Below are positions 21,017-31,390 of a stretch of 64,000 bases of DNA, in pieces. The position numbers were made by a program, and so were the translations under genes. The notes beneath the pieces are model-generated. The model saw only the letters and a program-made list of their open reading frames with translations, searched no databases and was not told where the DNA came from. The stretch lies in contig JAQTPL010000002.1 of NCBI GenBank assembly GCA_028712895.1, positions 5,303 through 69,302 on the forward strand, given 5' to 3'. Numbering within the stretch: the stretch's first letter is position 1; each line of letters begins with the position of its first letter. This DNA is from a bacterium. GTDB lineage: Bacteria > CAYTYR01 > UBA6262.

Positions 21017-21859
21017 TCAACTTTCTTTTAACTCCCCTTCAAATACGAACTTTACCCGGCCTTCCATATATACATCATAAAACGTTTTTCCCGCCCCCTT
21101 CATACCCGCATTGAAGGTGGACTGGAATTTAAAATACACTGTCAGGATATCGCCGCCACGGGTATGTACCTGCACTGGTGAAGATAAGTTCCTGGCATAG
21201 GCGCTGACTATAGCCGCAGCTACCGAGCCTGTACCGCAGGCCAAAGTTTCATTCTCCACGCCGCGTTCATACGTCCTGATGGCTATGGTGTGCTGATCCA
21301 TCTTACTGACAAAATTCACATTGGTACCGGCTGGTTTAAAAAGCCGGTGATAGCGAATTATCCTGCCCCATTCAAAAACAGGCACCTTATCGATATTATT
21401 AACAAACATAATGGCATGAGGCACTCCGGTATTAATAAATAATACTTTTCGGGATTGGCCACCCAGCTTGACCGACAGGTTATCCTTCAAGCTGTGCGGA
21501 TCGCTCATGTGCAATTTAACATCTCTGTCTTTGACTTGAGCGCTGATCAATCCAGCCATGGTTTCAAAAATCATTTTAGCCGGAGCGATCTTTTTCAGGG
21601 AAGCGAAGCGGGCTATACAACGGGCGCCGTTGCCGCACATTTCTGCCTCGCTGCCGTCCGGGTTGAAGATGCGCATCCTGAAATCAGCCTGAGCCGATCT
21701 TTCCAGCAAAATCAGTCCGTCAGCGCCTATCCCAGTCTTAGGCTGGCATAATTTTACCGCCAGCCTCACTGCTGCTGACGGCACGATCTTCCGCCGGTTA
21801 TCGATCACGACGAAATCATTTCCCGCGCCGCTAAATTTAGCAAATTTAATTTTTCTCAT
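21017..21859 (-). CDS. dapF: Diaminopimelate epimerase
   Basis: MRKIKFAKFSGAGNDFVVIDN and the second catalytic Cys in ACGTGSVAAA. The start is placed at the internal ATG (21859). The 21 upstream codons in the ORF track overlap a perfect palindrome. Confidence 0.85.
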   Translation of the reverse strand: MRKIKFAKFSGAGNDFVVIDNRRKIVPSAAVRLAVKLCQPKTGIGADGLILLERSAQADFRMRIFNPDGSEAEMCGNGARCIARFASLKKIAPAKMIFETMAGLISAQVKDRDVKLHMSDPHSLKDNLSVKLGGQSRKVLFINTGVPHAIMFVNNIDKVPVFEWGRIIRYHRLFKPAGTNVNFVSKMDQHTIAIRTYERGVENETLACGTGSVAAAIVSAYARNLSSPVQVHTRGGDILTVYFKFQSTFNAGMKGAGKTFYDVYMEGRVKFVFEGELKES

Positions 21860-21874
21860 ACATCCTCTTAAGAA

Positions 21875-21896
21875 CCCTGCCTGCCGGCAGGCAGGG
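21875..21896. promoter_or_regulatory. Perfect 22 nt palindrome (ccctgcctgcc|ggcaggcaggg) between lysA and dapF
   Basis: Perfect inverted repeat 16 nt upstream of the dapF ATG and about 75 nt downstream of the lysA stop. Terminator, attenuator or protein-binding site are all possible. Confidence 0.5.
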
Positions 21897-21913
21897 ATTA
21901 CACCGATTACAAG
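21896..21913. repeat. 18 nt GATTACA-type direct-repeat motif (gattacaccgattacaag), copy 1
   Basis: An identical 18-mer recurs at 41666-41683. Both copies lie about 40 nt upstream of minus-strand start codons (dapF here, hcp there). Confidence 0.6.
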
Positions 21914-21971
21914 CAAAAACAATATTTGATTTTAATCTGTGTAATCAGGTTTGCTGGATTTTCAGCAGACC

Positions 21972-23228
21972 TCATTTTATGTCTAGTAGTCTCTCATTGC
22001 TGACCAGGTCGCCAAAAGTTTCCCTGTCCCTGACCATATAATACTTGTTCTTACTGACCACAACCTCACAAGCCCGCGGACGGGCATTATAGTTGGAAGC
22101 CATGGAAAAACCATATGCACCGGTATTAAAGATCGCCAGCAGATCACCCTGCTCTACCAGCGGCAAACTGCGCTTCTTGGCGAAATAGTCGCCACTCTCG
22201 CAAATCGGCCCGACTACATCCACGATCATTTCGTTCTTGCCGGATTCCTTGACCGGCTTGATCTCATGATAGGCGTCGTATAATACCGGACGGGAAAGGT
22301 CATTCATTCCCGCATCTACGATCACGAATTTCTTGGTCTGGGATTCCTTTAAATACAGGATCTTGGTTACCAATATACCTGCGGTCCCGGCAATATACCG
22401 GCCTGGCTCAAAAATATACTGATAATGAGTTTTTCTGATCAGGGGCATCAGCGCCTTAGCTAACTCTTGCGGGGTCGGCGGTTTCTCATCATAATAATTA
22501 ATCCCTAATCCTCCACCCAAATCTATATATCTCAGCTCAATGCCCAGATCCTTGAGCATTTTCAACAACTTGAATACTTTTTCCACTGCTTCTACAAATG
22601 GCTCAACCGTAGTTATCTGTGAACCGATATGAACCTGTACCCCAACCACTTCCAGCGACTTGTCCATACTGGCGCGTTCATAGGCCTCAGCCGCATGATT
22701 AATACTTATGCCAAACTTATTCTGGGCCAAGCCAGTGGATATATGATGATGCGTTTTGGGATCAATATCCGGATTTACCCGGAACGAGATCCTAGCTCTC
22801 TTGTTCACCTTCTTCGCTACCGCGCTGATCAATTCCAGTTCCGGCAGGGATTCCACGTTAAACATCAGGATATCATTCTTTAACGCATAATATATTTCAT
22901 CTTCAGTCTTACCGACCCCGGCAAATACTATCTTTTCCGGTTTGAATCCGGCGGTGACCGCGCGATATAATTCACCCGCACTGACGATATCAGCTCCTGC
23001 GCCTAGATTAACTAAAGTCCGCAAGATCGATAAATTCGCATTTGTCTTCACGGCATAGCAAACCAGATGCTTCACTGAAGTAAAAGCCTCGTCAAAAGCC
23101 TGATAATTTTCTACCAGGGTCTTGTGGCTATAAAGATAACAAGGGGTCCCTACTTCCCTTATAATCTCACTGACTTTCAGGCTTTCACAGTAGAGTTCAC
23201 CCTTTTTGTATTCAAACGCTCCCATCAA
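21972..23228 (-). CDS. lysA: Diaminopimelate decarboxylase
   Basis: Alanine-racemase-fold PLP decarboxylase. Motifs CYAVKTNAN, HIGSQ, EPGRYIAG and CESGD. Confidence 0.9.
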   Translation of the reverse strand: MMGAFEYKKGELYCESLKVSEIIREVGTPCYLYSHKTLVENYQAFDEAFTSVKHLVCYAVKTNANLSILRTLVNLGAGADIVSAGELYRAVTAGFKPEKIVFAGVGKTEDEIYYALKNDILMFNVESLPELELISAVAKKVNKRARISFRVNPDIDPKTHHHISTGLAQNKFGISINHAAEAYERASMDKSLEVVGVQVHIGSQITTVEPFVEAVEKVFKLLKMLKDLGIELRYIDLGGGLGINYYDEKPPTPQELAKALMPLIRKTHYQYIFEPGRYIAGTAGILVTKILYLKESQTKKFVIVDAGMNDLSRPVLYDAYHEIKPVKESGKNEMIVDVVGPICESGDYFAKKRSLPLVEQGDLLAIFNTGAYGFSMASNYNARPRACEVVVSKNKYYMVRDRETFGDLVSNERLLDIK

Positions 23229-23258
23229 CGATCTCCTTTTGTCCTAAGCTCCAAGAAA

Positions 23259-24320
23259 CTAGGGCACAGTCGATGTCAAAATTGTAATATTGCTCTGGGC
23301 CACATCTCGCATCCAAGATTCGTTTTTTAATTCTAAGACTTTTTGAAAATCAGCAATGGCGTTCTGGTTTTGCTGCAATTGTCTTTCGCACCACCCCCGG
23401 CCTATCAACACCAAAGCGCTCTGGGGATTCATATCCAGTGACCTGGTAAACTGGTTCTTGGCATTCTGCCAGTCAGCGGCAGTACTATAGACCAAGCCCC
23501 CGATGGCGTAATTTAAATATTCATTTGGTTCAATTTTAATCGCTTCCAGCAATGTGGCGATAGCTTTTTCCTCTTCCTGCAGGTAAAACAAGCAGAGGGC
23601 TATATAACGAAATATCTTACCCTGCGGCTGCAGGCTGGCGATATATTGCAGTTCACCCAAGGCCTGGCTATATTCCTTCTTACGATAATAAATATCAGCC
23701 AATGCCAGATGCGCTTCTATATTAGTTGGTTCCTTACCGATCACCTGCAACAGAGCTTTAAGCGCTTTTTGATAAAGCCCCCAGTCCCGATATAGTAAAC
23801 CAATGGTTAAGTTATATTCGGATTTCAATTTCTTGGACTTGCTGATCTTTTCCAGTTCCTGCAAAGCTTCCGGATACATCTTCACATCTTTATATATCTT
23901 CGCCAGGCCTAAATAGGCTGGTTCATAATTCCGTTTCAGCTCAAGACAGTCTTTGAAATGTCCCATAGCCTGGACAAAGTTCTGCTGGTGATAATTTACC
24001 GTACCAAGCAGTTCATGAGCAGAGAGTTGATCCCCTTTATGCAGCTTTTGGCCCAAGGCCTTGAGTAGGTGCTTTTCAGCCTCCGTGTCATTTCCCACCG
24101 CCAGATACAGCCGGCCTAAGGCGAGATTTATTTTCCCGGGCTGGTAGTCTTGATCCAAGGCTTTCTGATAATATTCTATAGCTGCAGTAAAGTCTTTTTT
24201 CTGTTCTGCCTCTTGCGCCTGAACCAGCAAAGCTTTTAACTCACGGTCTGCCGCGACAGAAATATGAACAGGCATAGCCAGCAACAAGAATATTAAACAC
24301 AGCCAGGTATTTTTATTCAT
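23259..24320 (-). CDS. Secreted TPR-repeat protein
   Basis: Signal peptide plus repeated TPR units (AxxYYxKALxLxP-type helices). Confidence 0.75.
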   Translation of the reverse strand: MNKNTWLCLIFLLLAMPVHISVAADRELKALLVQAQEAEQKKDFTAAIEYYQKALDQDYQPGKINLALGRLYLAVGNDTEAEKHLLKALGQKLHKGDQLSAHELLGTVNYHQQNFVQAMGHFKDCLELKRNYEPAYLGLAKIYKDVKMYPEALQELEKISKSKKLKSEYNLTIGLLYRDWGLYQKALKALLQVIGKEPTNIEAHLALADIYYRKKEYSQALGELQYIASLQPQGKIFRYIALCLFYLQEEEKAIATLLEAIKIEPNEYLNYAIGGLVYSTAADWQNAKNQFTRSLDMNPQSALVLIGRGWCERQLQQNQNAIADFQKVLELKNESWMRDVAQSNITILTSTVP

Positions 24321-25258
24321 TGCAGTTTATCCCATACTTTGTTCAGGATCACTTTCTTTATCTGCCTGGCCTTAGCCCTGGCCGCTATGATCCCGGCATC
24401 TACGCATTCGGCACCGCGATTCAGCTCAGATACCGTTATATTCTTAATATCCGGGCTGATCACCAGGTCAGCCAGCTTAAGCTGTTCCTCGGCTAAAAAA
24501 TTTCCCCGGATATATATAACCTGGCTCAAAATTAAAAGAGCGTTATTAGTTTTAGCGATCCCTACCTGTGCGGTCACATCGATGACAATGATAATATCCG
24601 CGCCCATAAGCTTAGCCACATCTGCCGGCACATTATCGATGATCCCGCCATCCATAAGCAACCGGTGCCGGTATTCTACCGGCTGGAACAAACCAGGCAT
24701 GGTTGCGCTCGCCCGGACCGCCGGCGCAACTTGCCCTTCCTTCAAAATGATCTTTTCCCCGTTACGGATATCCACGGCAACGCAAGCAAACGGTATTTTC
24801 AGTTCATCAAAACGCTTATTGCCGATATATTTAGTGACATATTCTTCTATTCTTTTAGTAGAATACAGGCCCACTGGAGAGATCTTAAAGCTCACTAGTT
24901 TATTCCAGGTCATATTCTGGGCCATATCCACGATGGTATCGGCAGGCACATCAGCGGCATACAATGAGCCGATCAATGCCCCGACACTGGTTCCGACAAT
25001 TATATCTACCGGGATATGTTCTTCAGAAAACACCTGGATGACCCCGGCATGAGCCAAACCTCTGGCTCCGCCGCCACCCAGCACTAAGGCTACTTTCGGC
25101 CTTTCTGCCGCCGGCAATAATAAATATTTTTGCCATAAAAAATCGATCAGCAATTCTTCTTCGTCCATTGTGGCGGCTACGACCGTCATTGCCTGAAACA
25201 GGAGAAGAAACCCCAGGAAAAAATAAACTATAGGTTTTTTACTTGTGAACAGGGCCAT
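24317..25258 (-). CDS. Patatin-like phospholipase
   Basis: Oxyanion hole GGGGARG, nucleophile GTSVG and catalytic DGG. N-terminal signal/TM segment. Confidence 0.85.
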   Translation of the reverse strand: MALFTSKKPIVYFFLGFLLLFQAMTVVAATMDEEELLIDFLWQKYLLLPAAERPKVALVLGGGGARGLAHAGVIQVFSEEHIPVDIIVGTSVGALIGSLYAADVPADTIVDMAQNMTWNKLVSFKISPVGLYSTKRIEEYVTKYIGNKRFDELKIPFACVAVDIRNGEKIILKEGQVAPAVRASATMPGLFQPVEYRHRLLMDGGIIDNVPADVAKLMGADIIIVIDVTAQVGIAKTNNALLILSQVIYIRGNFLAEEQLKLADLVISPDIKNITVSELNRGAECVDAGIIAARAKARQIKKVILNKVWDKLQ

Positions 25259-26569
25259 TTATTTTATTACCAGGTCCAATCCCGTAGCTATTTTCAATTC
25301 CTGCTCACCTAAGGTATATTCATAATAATTATCCAAAGCTTGCATCCTGGCCTCTAAAGCTTTCTTTTGTATCGCCAGTAATTCTGTGCAGGATATCTGG
25401 TTATCTTTGTAGTAACCCAGCGCCGATTCCAGGACTTTTTGAGCCTGGTCCTTGTTTTTGGACATTTCTTCCAGATTTTTCCCGGCACGAATATAGCGCC
25501 GATAGCTTTCTTCGATGCTCATTTTTAGCTCATCGCTGGCCCGTACCTTTAGCAGATTAGTAGATTTCAACTCACTGCGCATCTGCCTGACCCTCGCCCA
25601 ACTCAGCCAGCCGTTAAACAACGGATAATGCAGCGCCAGTGTGGCTGTCCAGTTCCGGCCGGCCAGTTCAGAGTTCAATCCGCTGCGTTCATAATCAGCT
25701 CCCAGCACAATAGTCGGGTAACGTTCACTGAACGCCTGGCTGATCTGGTGATTTATCTTTTTTTCTTCCAAAGACAGTCCTTGCAGGAGCGGGGACCGGT
25801 CGATCGCCTGGGCAATAAAGGTATTGCATCCCGGGCAGTCCTCTCCGGGCAATACTGTCTTAAAATCACCGACCAGTTTTACCTGGGCATCCAGTTCAAA
25901 CCCGACTGCTTTATTAAAAGCCGTGTACATCAGGTCAAGTTTTTCTTCCTCATTGGCCAGCTGCATCTCCAACCGGGAACGTTCAATCTCAAACAGGGTG
26001 ATCTCATAATCTTTTGTCCTGGCTTTACGTTTGGCTGTTTCAATAAAGGTCTTGACTTGGGCCAGGGATTCCTGGTTAAACTCCAACACTTGCAGCTGGT
26101 AGAATACATCATAAAATTTCCGGGTTACTTCCAGGCAAACTCTCCGCCGACTGGTTTCAAACGACCGATTGGTTATGTCCAGGTCCTTATTGGCGATTTT
26201 AAGCTGATTAGAGAGATACCCGCCGGTAAATAGATACTGATTAACGGAGATCCTGGCAGCATAGTGATTGCTGACCCCTACTGCCAGGCTGGATCCCCCT
26301 AAGCTGGGCGGCAAGGTCGTAGGTGTACTCACGTTCAAACGGGTATAAGCACCAGACAGGTTGACCTTTGGGAAGAAGTATGAATTTGCTTCTTCCACTT
26401 TCTGTTCGGCTACATACCTTCTCTCAGAGGCAGCCAGCAGTTCCTGGTTATTGGTCATGGCCCATTTGATACTATCTTCCAAAGTCAGTATCTTCTCAGG
26501 CTGTTCCAGCGCCCAGGCTGCCGCACCCCAAAACACTAAGCATAATGATAAAAGTATCTTTCTCACCAT
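25259..26569 (-). CDS. TolC-family outer-membrane efflux protein
   Basis: Signal peptide and two repeated coiled-coil/beta halves typical of the OEP family. Overlaps the argH stop by 7 nt. Confidence 0.75.
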   Translation of the reverse strand: MVRKILLSLCLVFWGAAAWALEQPEKILTLEDSIKWAMTNNQELLAASERRYVAEQKVEEANSYFFPKVNLSGAYTRLNVSTPTTLPPSLGGSSLAVGVSNHYAARISVNQYLFTGGYLSNQLKIANKDLDITNRSFETSRRRVCLEVTRKFYDVFYQLQVLEFNQESLAQVKTFIETAKRKARTKDYEITLFEIERSRLEMQLANEEEKLDLMYTAFNKAVGFELDAQVKLVGDFKTVLPGEDCPGCNTFIAQAIDRSPLLQGLSLEEKKINHQISQAFSERYPTIVLGADYERSGLNSELAGRNWTATLALHYPLFNGWLSWARVRQMRSELKSTNLLKVRASDELKMSIEESYRRYIRAGKNLEEMSKNKDQAQKVLESALGYYKDNQISCTELLAIQKKALEARMQALDNYYEYTLGEQELKIATGLDLVIK

Positions 26570-27936
26570 AATTGCTTATTCTCTTTCTTGATACTGGCCA
26601 GTACCTGTAAGGGCGCGGTACCGCCGGTTGATTTTTTCCGCTTGAGACAATTCTCTATTTTAATGAAAGAGAAAATATCCTGGCTGAATTTAGGACTAAA
26701 CTGCCGGTATTCTTTCAGTGTCAAGTCGTGGAAATCCTTATGCTGGCCCAGGCAATACTTCACCAGGCTGCCGACAACAAAATGCGCCTGCCGGAATGGA
26801 ATGCCTTTTAGGACCAGGTAATCAGCGATATCAGTGGCTTCCATCAAACCTTTGGCCATTTTTTGCGCCATGTTCTTCGACCGGACTTTCATGGTCTTGA
26901 CCAATTCGCCGGTAATAGCCAAAGTATCATTGACCGTATCTACCGTATCGAACAACGGCCCTTTATCCTCCTGCAGGTCCCGGTTATAGGATAACGGCAA
27001 CCCTTTCAATAAGGTCAACAAAGCCATCAGGTTACCGTAGATCTTGCCGCTTTTACCACGGATCAGCTCTGCCACATCAGGGTTTTTCTTCTGCGGCATG
27101 ATGGAAGAACCGGTGCAAAAAGCGTCAGCCAGCTCCACAAATTCAAACTCACTGGAACTCCACAGCACCAATTCCTCTGCTAACCGCGAAAGATGCATGA
27201 TCAGGATCGAAGAAACAGCCAGGAACTCGATAATAAAATCCCGGTCACTGACCGTGTCAACGCTATTCTCGCTCACTTTCGGGAAATTGAGCAATTTGGC
27301 GGTAAATTCCCGCTGCACAGGATAATTTACCCCGGCTAATGCTCCCACGCCTAAAGGTAAGACATTGGTCCGTTCTAAACCCTGGGTAAAACGCTCCTTA
27401 TCCCGCTTGAGCATATAATAATAGGCCATTAGGTAATGACTAAACAAGATCGGCTGGGCGTGCTGCATATGTGTATATCCCGGCATCACGATCGTAATAT
27501 TTTTTTCAGCTACATTCAGTAATATTTTTTGTAGTTGGTTTATACCGGCGATAATATGCTCTGTCTCGGAACGTAAAAAAAGACGTACATCTAAAAGTAC
27601 CTGGTCGTTCCGCGACCGGGCGGTATGCAGTTTCTCCCCTACTGGCCCGATCTTGGCGATCAGTTTCTTCTCGATGGCCATATGAATATCTTCATCAGTC
27701 TGTTTAAAAATAAACTTTCCGGCTTCAATCTCTTTCAGGATGGCTTTCAAGCCAGCGTTGATCTTAGCCGCCTCTTTTTGGGAAATAATCCGGCTCTTTG
27801 CCAACATAGTCGCGTGCGCGATACTACCCGCGATATCATAGGCATATAGCCGTTTATCAATATCAATCGAGGCAGTATAGTCTTCGCATTGTTTGTTCGT
27901 TGATCCTTTAAACCGCCCACCCCATAATTTTTTCAT
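26563..27936 (-). CDS. argH: Argininosuccinate lyase
   Basis: MKKLWGGRF...HTARSRNDQV...GSSIMPQKKNPD fumarase/ASL signature. Confidence 0.92.
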   Translation of the reverse strand: MKKLWGGRFKGSTNKQCEDYTASIDIDKRLYAYDIAGSIAHATMLAKSRIISQKEAAKINAGLKAILKEIEAGKFIFKQTDEDIHMAIEKKLIAKIGPVGEKLHTARSRNDQVLLDVRLFLRSETEHIIAGINQLQKILLNVAEKNITIVMPGYTHMQHAQPILFSHYLMAYYYMLKRDKERFTQGLERTNVLPLGVGALAGVNYPVQREFTAKLLNFPKVSENSVDTVSDRDFIIEFLAVSSILIMHLSRLAEELVLWSSSEFEFVELADAFCTGSSIMPQKKNPDVAELIRGKSGKIYGNLMALLTLLKGLPLSYNRDLQEDKGPLFDTVDTVNDTLAITGELVKTMKVRSKNMAQKMAKGLMEATDIADYLVLKGIPFRQAHFVVGSLVKYCLGQHKDFHDLTLKEYRQFSPKFSQDIFSFIKIENCLKRKKSTGGTAPLQVLASIKKENKQLW

Positions 27937-27950
27937 ATCTTGGCTCCTAA

Positions 27951-29192
27951 CTAGACTCGCGGACTCGGGACTCGCGACTTAGTACTTTTATTATTGACCA
28001 GTGCCTGCACTTTTAACGGCAATCCCAACAGGTTAATAAATCCTTCTGCATCATATTGGTTATATACAGTATCTGCTTCAAATGTAGCCAAGTCTGGCTG
28101 GTATAGAGACTTATCTGCTTTCCGGCCAACTATTGTACAATTTCCCTTGTACAATTTCACCCGTACCGTTCCGGTCACCGTAGCCTGGGTTTTATCGATA
28201 AAAGCATCCAGGGCTTCACGCAGCGGAGAGAACCAGAACCCGGCATAGATCAATTCAGCGTATTTATCACTGACCTTCTTCTTCCAGACCATAGTCTGCC
28301 GGTCCAGGCAAAGCGTTTCCAAAGCCTGGTGCGCAGTCATCAGGATCGTGCCGCCTGGGGTTTCATATACGCCACGAGACTTCATTCCCACGACCCGGTT
28401 TTCTACAATATCCACCCGGCCGATCGCATTGGCTCCGCCGACTTTGTTTAACTTTTCGATCAGTTTGACCCCGTCATATTTAACACCATTAATGCTGACC
28501 GGAATGCCTTTTACAAACCCGATCTCAACATAGGTTGCCTTATTGGGCGCTTTTTCCGGAGACACAGTTAATAAGAACATATCTTCTGGCGGTTCATTCC
28601 AGGGATTCTCCAAGATACCGCCTTCAAAGCTGATATGCCAAAGATTCCGGTCGCTGGAATAAGGTTTCTTTTTGGTAACCGGCACAGGAATACCATACTT
28701 CTTAGCATAAGCGATTTCTTCTTCCCGAGATTTCAGGTCCCAGGTCCGCCACGGGGCAATGATCTTGATCTTCGGGTCAAGAGCTTTAAAGGTTAATTCA
28801 AACCGCAGCTGGTCGTTCCCTTTACCGGTGCAACCATGTGCCACGGCGTCAGCATTTTCCTTTTTAGCGATCTCTATCTGCTTTTTCGCGATCAATGGCC
28901 GGGCGATACTGGTCCCAAGCAAATATTTGTCTTCATAGATGGCTCCGGCTTTGAGCATCGGCCAAATATAGTCTTCCACAAATTCCTTGGTCAGGTCTTC
29001 AATATATATTTTGCTGGCACCGGTTTTCAGGGCTTTTTGCTTGAGTCCGCTCAATTCTTCATTCTGGCCGACATTAGCGGCAAAAGCCACTACTTCACAG
29101 CCATATTCTTTTTTTAGCCAATGGATAATGATAGACGTATCCAGCCCGCCTGAGTAGGCTAATACAACTTTGTTAATTTGTTTGGACATCTT
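27951..29192 (-). CDS. argG: Argininosuccinate synthase
   Basis: [11 protein letters not shown]-loop. Start at ATG 29192-29190 with an AGGAGA Shine-Dalgarno. The longer ORF-track start would run into tRNA-Leu. Confidence 0.9.
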   Translation of the reverse strand, partial: KMSKQINKVVLAYSGGLDTSIIIHWLKKEYGCEVVAFAANVGQNEELSGLKQKALKTGASKIYIEDLTKEFVEDYIWPMLKAGAIYEDKYLLGTSIARPLIAKKQIEIAKKENADAVAHGCTGKGNDQLRFELTFKALDPKIKIIAPWRTWDLKSREEEIAYAKKYGIPVPVTKKKPYSSDRNLWHISFEGGILENPWNEPPEDMFLLTVSPEKAPNKATYVEIGFVKGIPVSINGVKYDGVKLIEKLNKVGGANAIGRVDIVENRVVGMKSRGVYETPGGTILMTAHQALETLCLDRQTMVWKKKVSDKYAELIYAGFWFSPLREALDAFIDKTQATVTGTVRVKLYKGNCTIVGRKADKSLYQPDLATFEADTVYNQYDAEGFINLLGLPLKVQALVNNKSTKSRVPSPRV

Positions 29193-29257
29193 AATTTCTC
29201 CTGCTATTTTATAAATTTGAAATTTGAGATCTGAGATTCCTGCTATAGACAGGATAA

Positions 29258-29344
29258 TGGTGCCGCGGAAGGGATTTGAACCCCCAAGTCCTTGCGGACA
29301 CATGGTCCTAAGCCATGCGTGTCTGCCAATTCCACCACCGCGGC
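29258..29344 (-). tRNA. tRNA-Leu(TAG), CCA encoded
   Basis: Cloverleaf folded by hand: acceptor GCCGCGG/CCGCGGC, anticodon loop CTTAGGA, long variable arm, T-loop TTCAAAT. Confidence 0.85.
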
Positions 29345-29452
29345 ATCGCCTTCGGCGAGTTCATAGCTCGTAGTTCATAGTTCGTAGCGATTTATGATTT
29401 TGCTTTTCCTACCAGCTATGAGCTACCATCTCAAATTTCGCTATGCGAAATT

Positions 29453-29524
29453 TGGGCCGTAGAGGACTCGAACCTCCAACCTTATCCTTAAGAGGGATCT
29501 GCTCTACCATTGAGCTAACGGCCC
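29453..29524 (-). tRNA. tRNA-Lys(CTT)
   Basis: Acceptor GGGCCGT/ACGGCCC, anticodon loop CTCTTAA, T-loop TTCGAGT. No CCA encoded. Confidence 0.8.
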
Positions 29525-29528
29525 ATAT

Positions 29529-29622
29529 ATAAAACAGCTCGTAGTTCATAGCTCGTAGTTCATAGGGAAGAATTTATTCTACAATCCCCTATCAGCTAAG
29601 AGCTACGAGCTTATTGCTAATT
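29529..29622. repeat. About 90 bp tRNA-leader repeat, copy A (contains an internal imperfect palindrome agctcgtag...ctacgagct)
   Basis: About 90 percent identical to 29706-29800, with partial copies at 29345-29450 and near the second tRNA array (62.1-62.76 kb). Confidence 0.7.
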
Positions 29623-29698
29623 TGGCGCGCCTGCTGGGACTTGAACCCGGACATCTAGCTCCGGAGGCTAGCGCTCTATCCAATTGAGCTACAGGCGC
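29623..29698 (-). tRNA. tRNA-Arg(CCG), CCA encoded
   Basis: Acceptor GCGCCTG/CAGGCGC, anticodon loop CTCCGGA, T-loop TTCAAGT. Confidence 0.8.
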
Positions 29699-29705
29699 GT
29701 ATCAA

Positions 29706-29800
29706 TAAAACAGCTCATAGTTCATGGCTCGTAGTTCATAGGGAAGGATTTATTTGATAATTCCCTATCAGCTAAGAGCTACGAGCTTATTGCTAACTTG
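29706..29800. repeat. About 90 bp tRNA-leader repeat, copy B
   Basis: Direct repeat of 29529-29622. Confidence 0.7.
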
Positions 29801-29977
29801 ACCCTTTGGGGAGTTTCCGGGACTTCCCAAAAGCGTATAAAAACCCGTCTCTTTACTTAGTACATAGTAGTAAAGAATACTGATTTATTATCTATTTTTT
29901 ATACCATAAATGGGGAATTTTAGCAAGTACTTATACAGAGGAAAAGGAAGATATTGCTAGGCAGGTTTTATACGCTC

Positions 29978-31390
29978 TTATTCGAACTTAAACCCTTCTT
30001 TGGAAACTACTCTTATGCAGGCATCCACTACTACTGGATCATACAGTGTCCCTTTATTCTGGGAAATATGTGCCAGTGCTTCACTCATGGATAAAGCCGG
30101 CCGGTAAGGACGATCCGAGGCCATAGCCTCAACAACATCAGCTACTCCCAATATTTTGGCTTCCAGTAATATCTGGTCACCGACCAGTCCTTTAGGATAG
30201 CCTGAGCCATTGGGCCTTTCGTGATGCTGGACCACGATCTTGGCGATCGGCCAGGCGAAATCAATATTTTTCAATATGTCAAAAGCAACCTGAGGATGCA
30301 GTTTCATCAGGTTAAATTCATTCTTATCCAAAGCCCGGGGCTTGGTCAATATCTCTGCCGGCACGCATATCTTGCCAATATCATGCAAGACACCGGCTAT
30401 GCGGATCATTTCCACCTGGTCTTCGCTGAGATTCATCTCCTTGGCAATAGCACTGGCCAGGTTGGCGACGCGGCGCTGGTGGCCGGCAGTATACGCATCC
30501 CGCATTTCCAAGGTCAGGGCCATAGCATTAATAATACCCTCTAAAACCTTTTTCTGCTGGGCCAAGCTCTGATGGACTTTTTCTTCCGCCATGGTACGTT
30601 CAATGATCTCTTTGACCAGTTTTTCATTGATCTCACTGAGCTCGGCGGTACGTAATTCTACTTGTTTTTCCAGGTAATCCCTGGTCACTGTGATCTTCTG
30701 CAGGTTTTCAGCCATTCTATTAAAAGAGCTCGCCAGTAAACCGATCTCATCATTAGTTTTAACAGGTACTTTATAATCCAAGTCGCCACGCGCAATATTT
30801 TGCGTACCGATGACCAACTGGTCGATCGGCTTGCCCAGCATGATCCTGATGAACCAGGAACTGCCGATAGCGGCCAGCAGCATACCAATAGCGCCGATGA
30901 TCCAGATCGTTTTATTAGCTAATTCCAATTTACTGGTCACACTATCCAGGGAAAACACTAATCTCACGTTACCGATAGATTCCATTTCCTTTTCTACCGG
31001 GGCTGTTCCCAGGATCAATTCTTCAGCGCCAGCCGACGATTTGATCTTCTCGGTAATAATGGTCTTGGAAAAAGACCTTGTCTGCTGGCCGGTTTTTTTG
31101 CTGTCTTTAAATAGCATCTTCCCTGATCTATTCTCGATCTCACAGGAAATGACGTCTTTTTGCTGCATGGCTCCTTTGGCAATCCTGGAGATGGAGTCTT
31201 GATCAGCGATCAGCACAGGATATTCACAGCTATTGACTACGCTGTTAAGGAGTGTATAAGCCCTTTCATCCAATTCTACCAGCAAAGCTTTCTTTTCCTG
31301 GTTAATGAAATAGATCGAAAAAAATCCTCCCAGGATGCCGATCACCAGGGTAACCAATATAATTATTTTTTTGTCGATGCCAAATCTCAT
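29978..31390 (-). CDS. Membrane-bound HD-GYP c-di-GMP phosphodiesterase with a periplasmic sensor domain and HAMP
   Basis: Two TM helices flank a periplasmic region of about 150 aa, followed by a HAMP/coiled coil. The HD-GYP motifs are HD in YTAGHQRRV and HHERPNGSGYP. Confidence 0.85.
   Translation of the reverse strand: MRFGIDKKIIILVTLVIGILGGFFSIYFINQEKKALLVELDERAYTLLNSVVNSCEYPVLIADQDSISRIAKGAMQQKDVISCEIENRSGKMLFKDSKKTGQQTRSFSKTIITEKIKSSAGAEELILGTAPVEKEMESIGNVRLVFSLDSVTSKLELANKTIWIIGAIGMLLAAIGSSWFIRIMLGKPIDQLVIGTQNIARGDLDYKVPVKTNDEIGLLASSFNRMAENLQKITVTRDYLEKQVELRTAELSEINEKLVKEIIERTMAEEKVHQSLAQQKKVLEGIINAMALTLEMRDAYTAGHQRRVANLASAIAKEMNLSEDQVEMIRIAGVLHDIGKICVPAEILTKPRALDKNEFNLMKLHPQVAFDILKNIDFAWPIAKIVVQHHERPNGSGYPKGLVGDQILLEAKILGVADVVEAMASDRPYRPALSMSEALAHISQNKGTLYDPVVVDACIRVVSKEGFKFE

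Noticed and set aside
29193-29303. N-terminal extension of argG in the ORF track (MCPQGLGG...)
   Set aside because: It would overlap tRNA-Leu(TAG). A good AGGAGA Shine-Dalgarno precedes the internal ATG at 29192, and the conserved AYSGGLDTS motif follows immediately.
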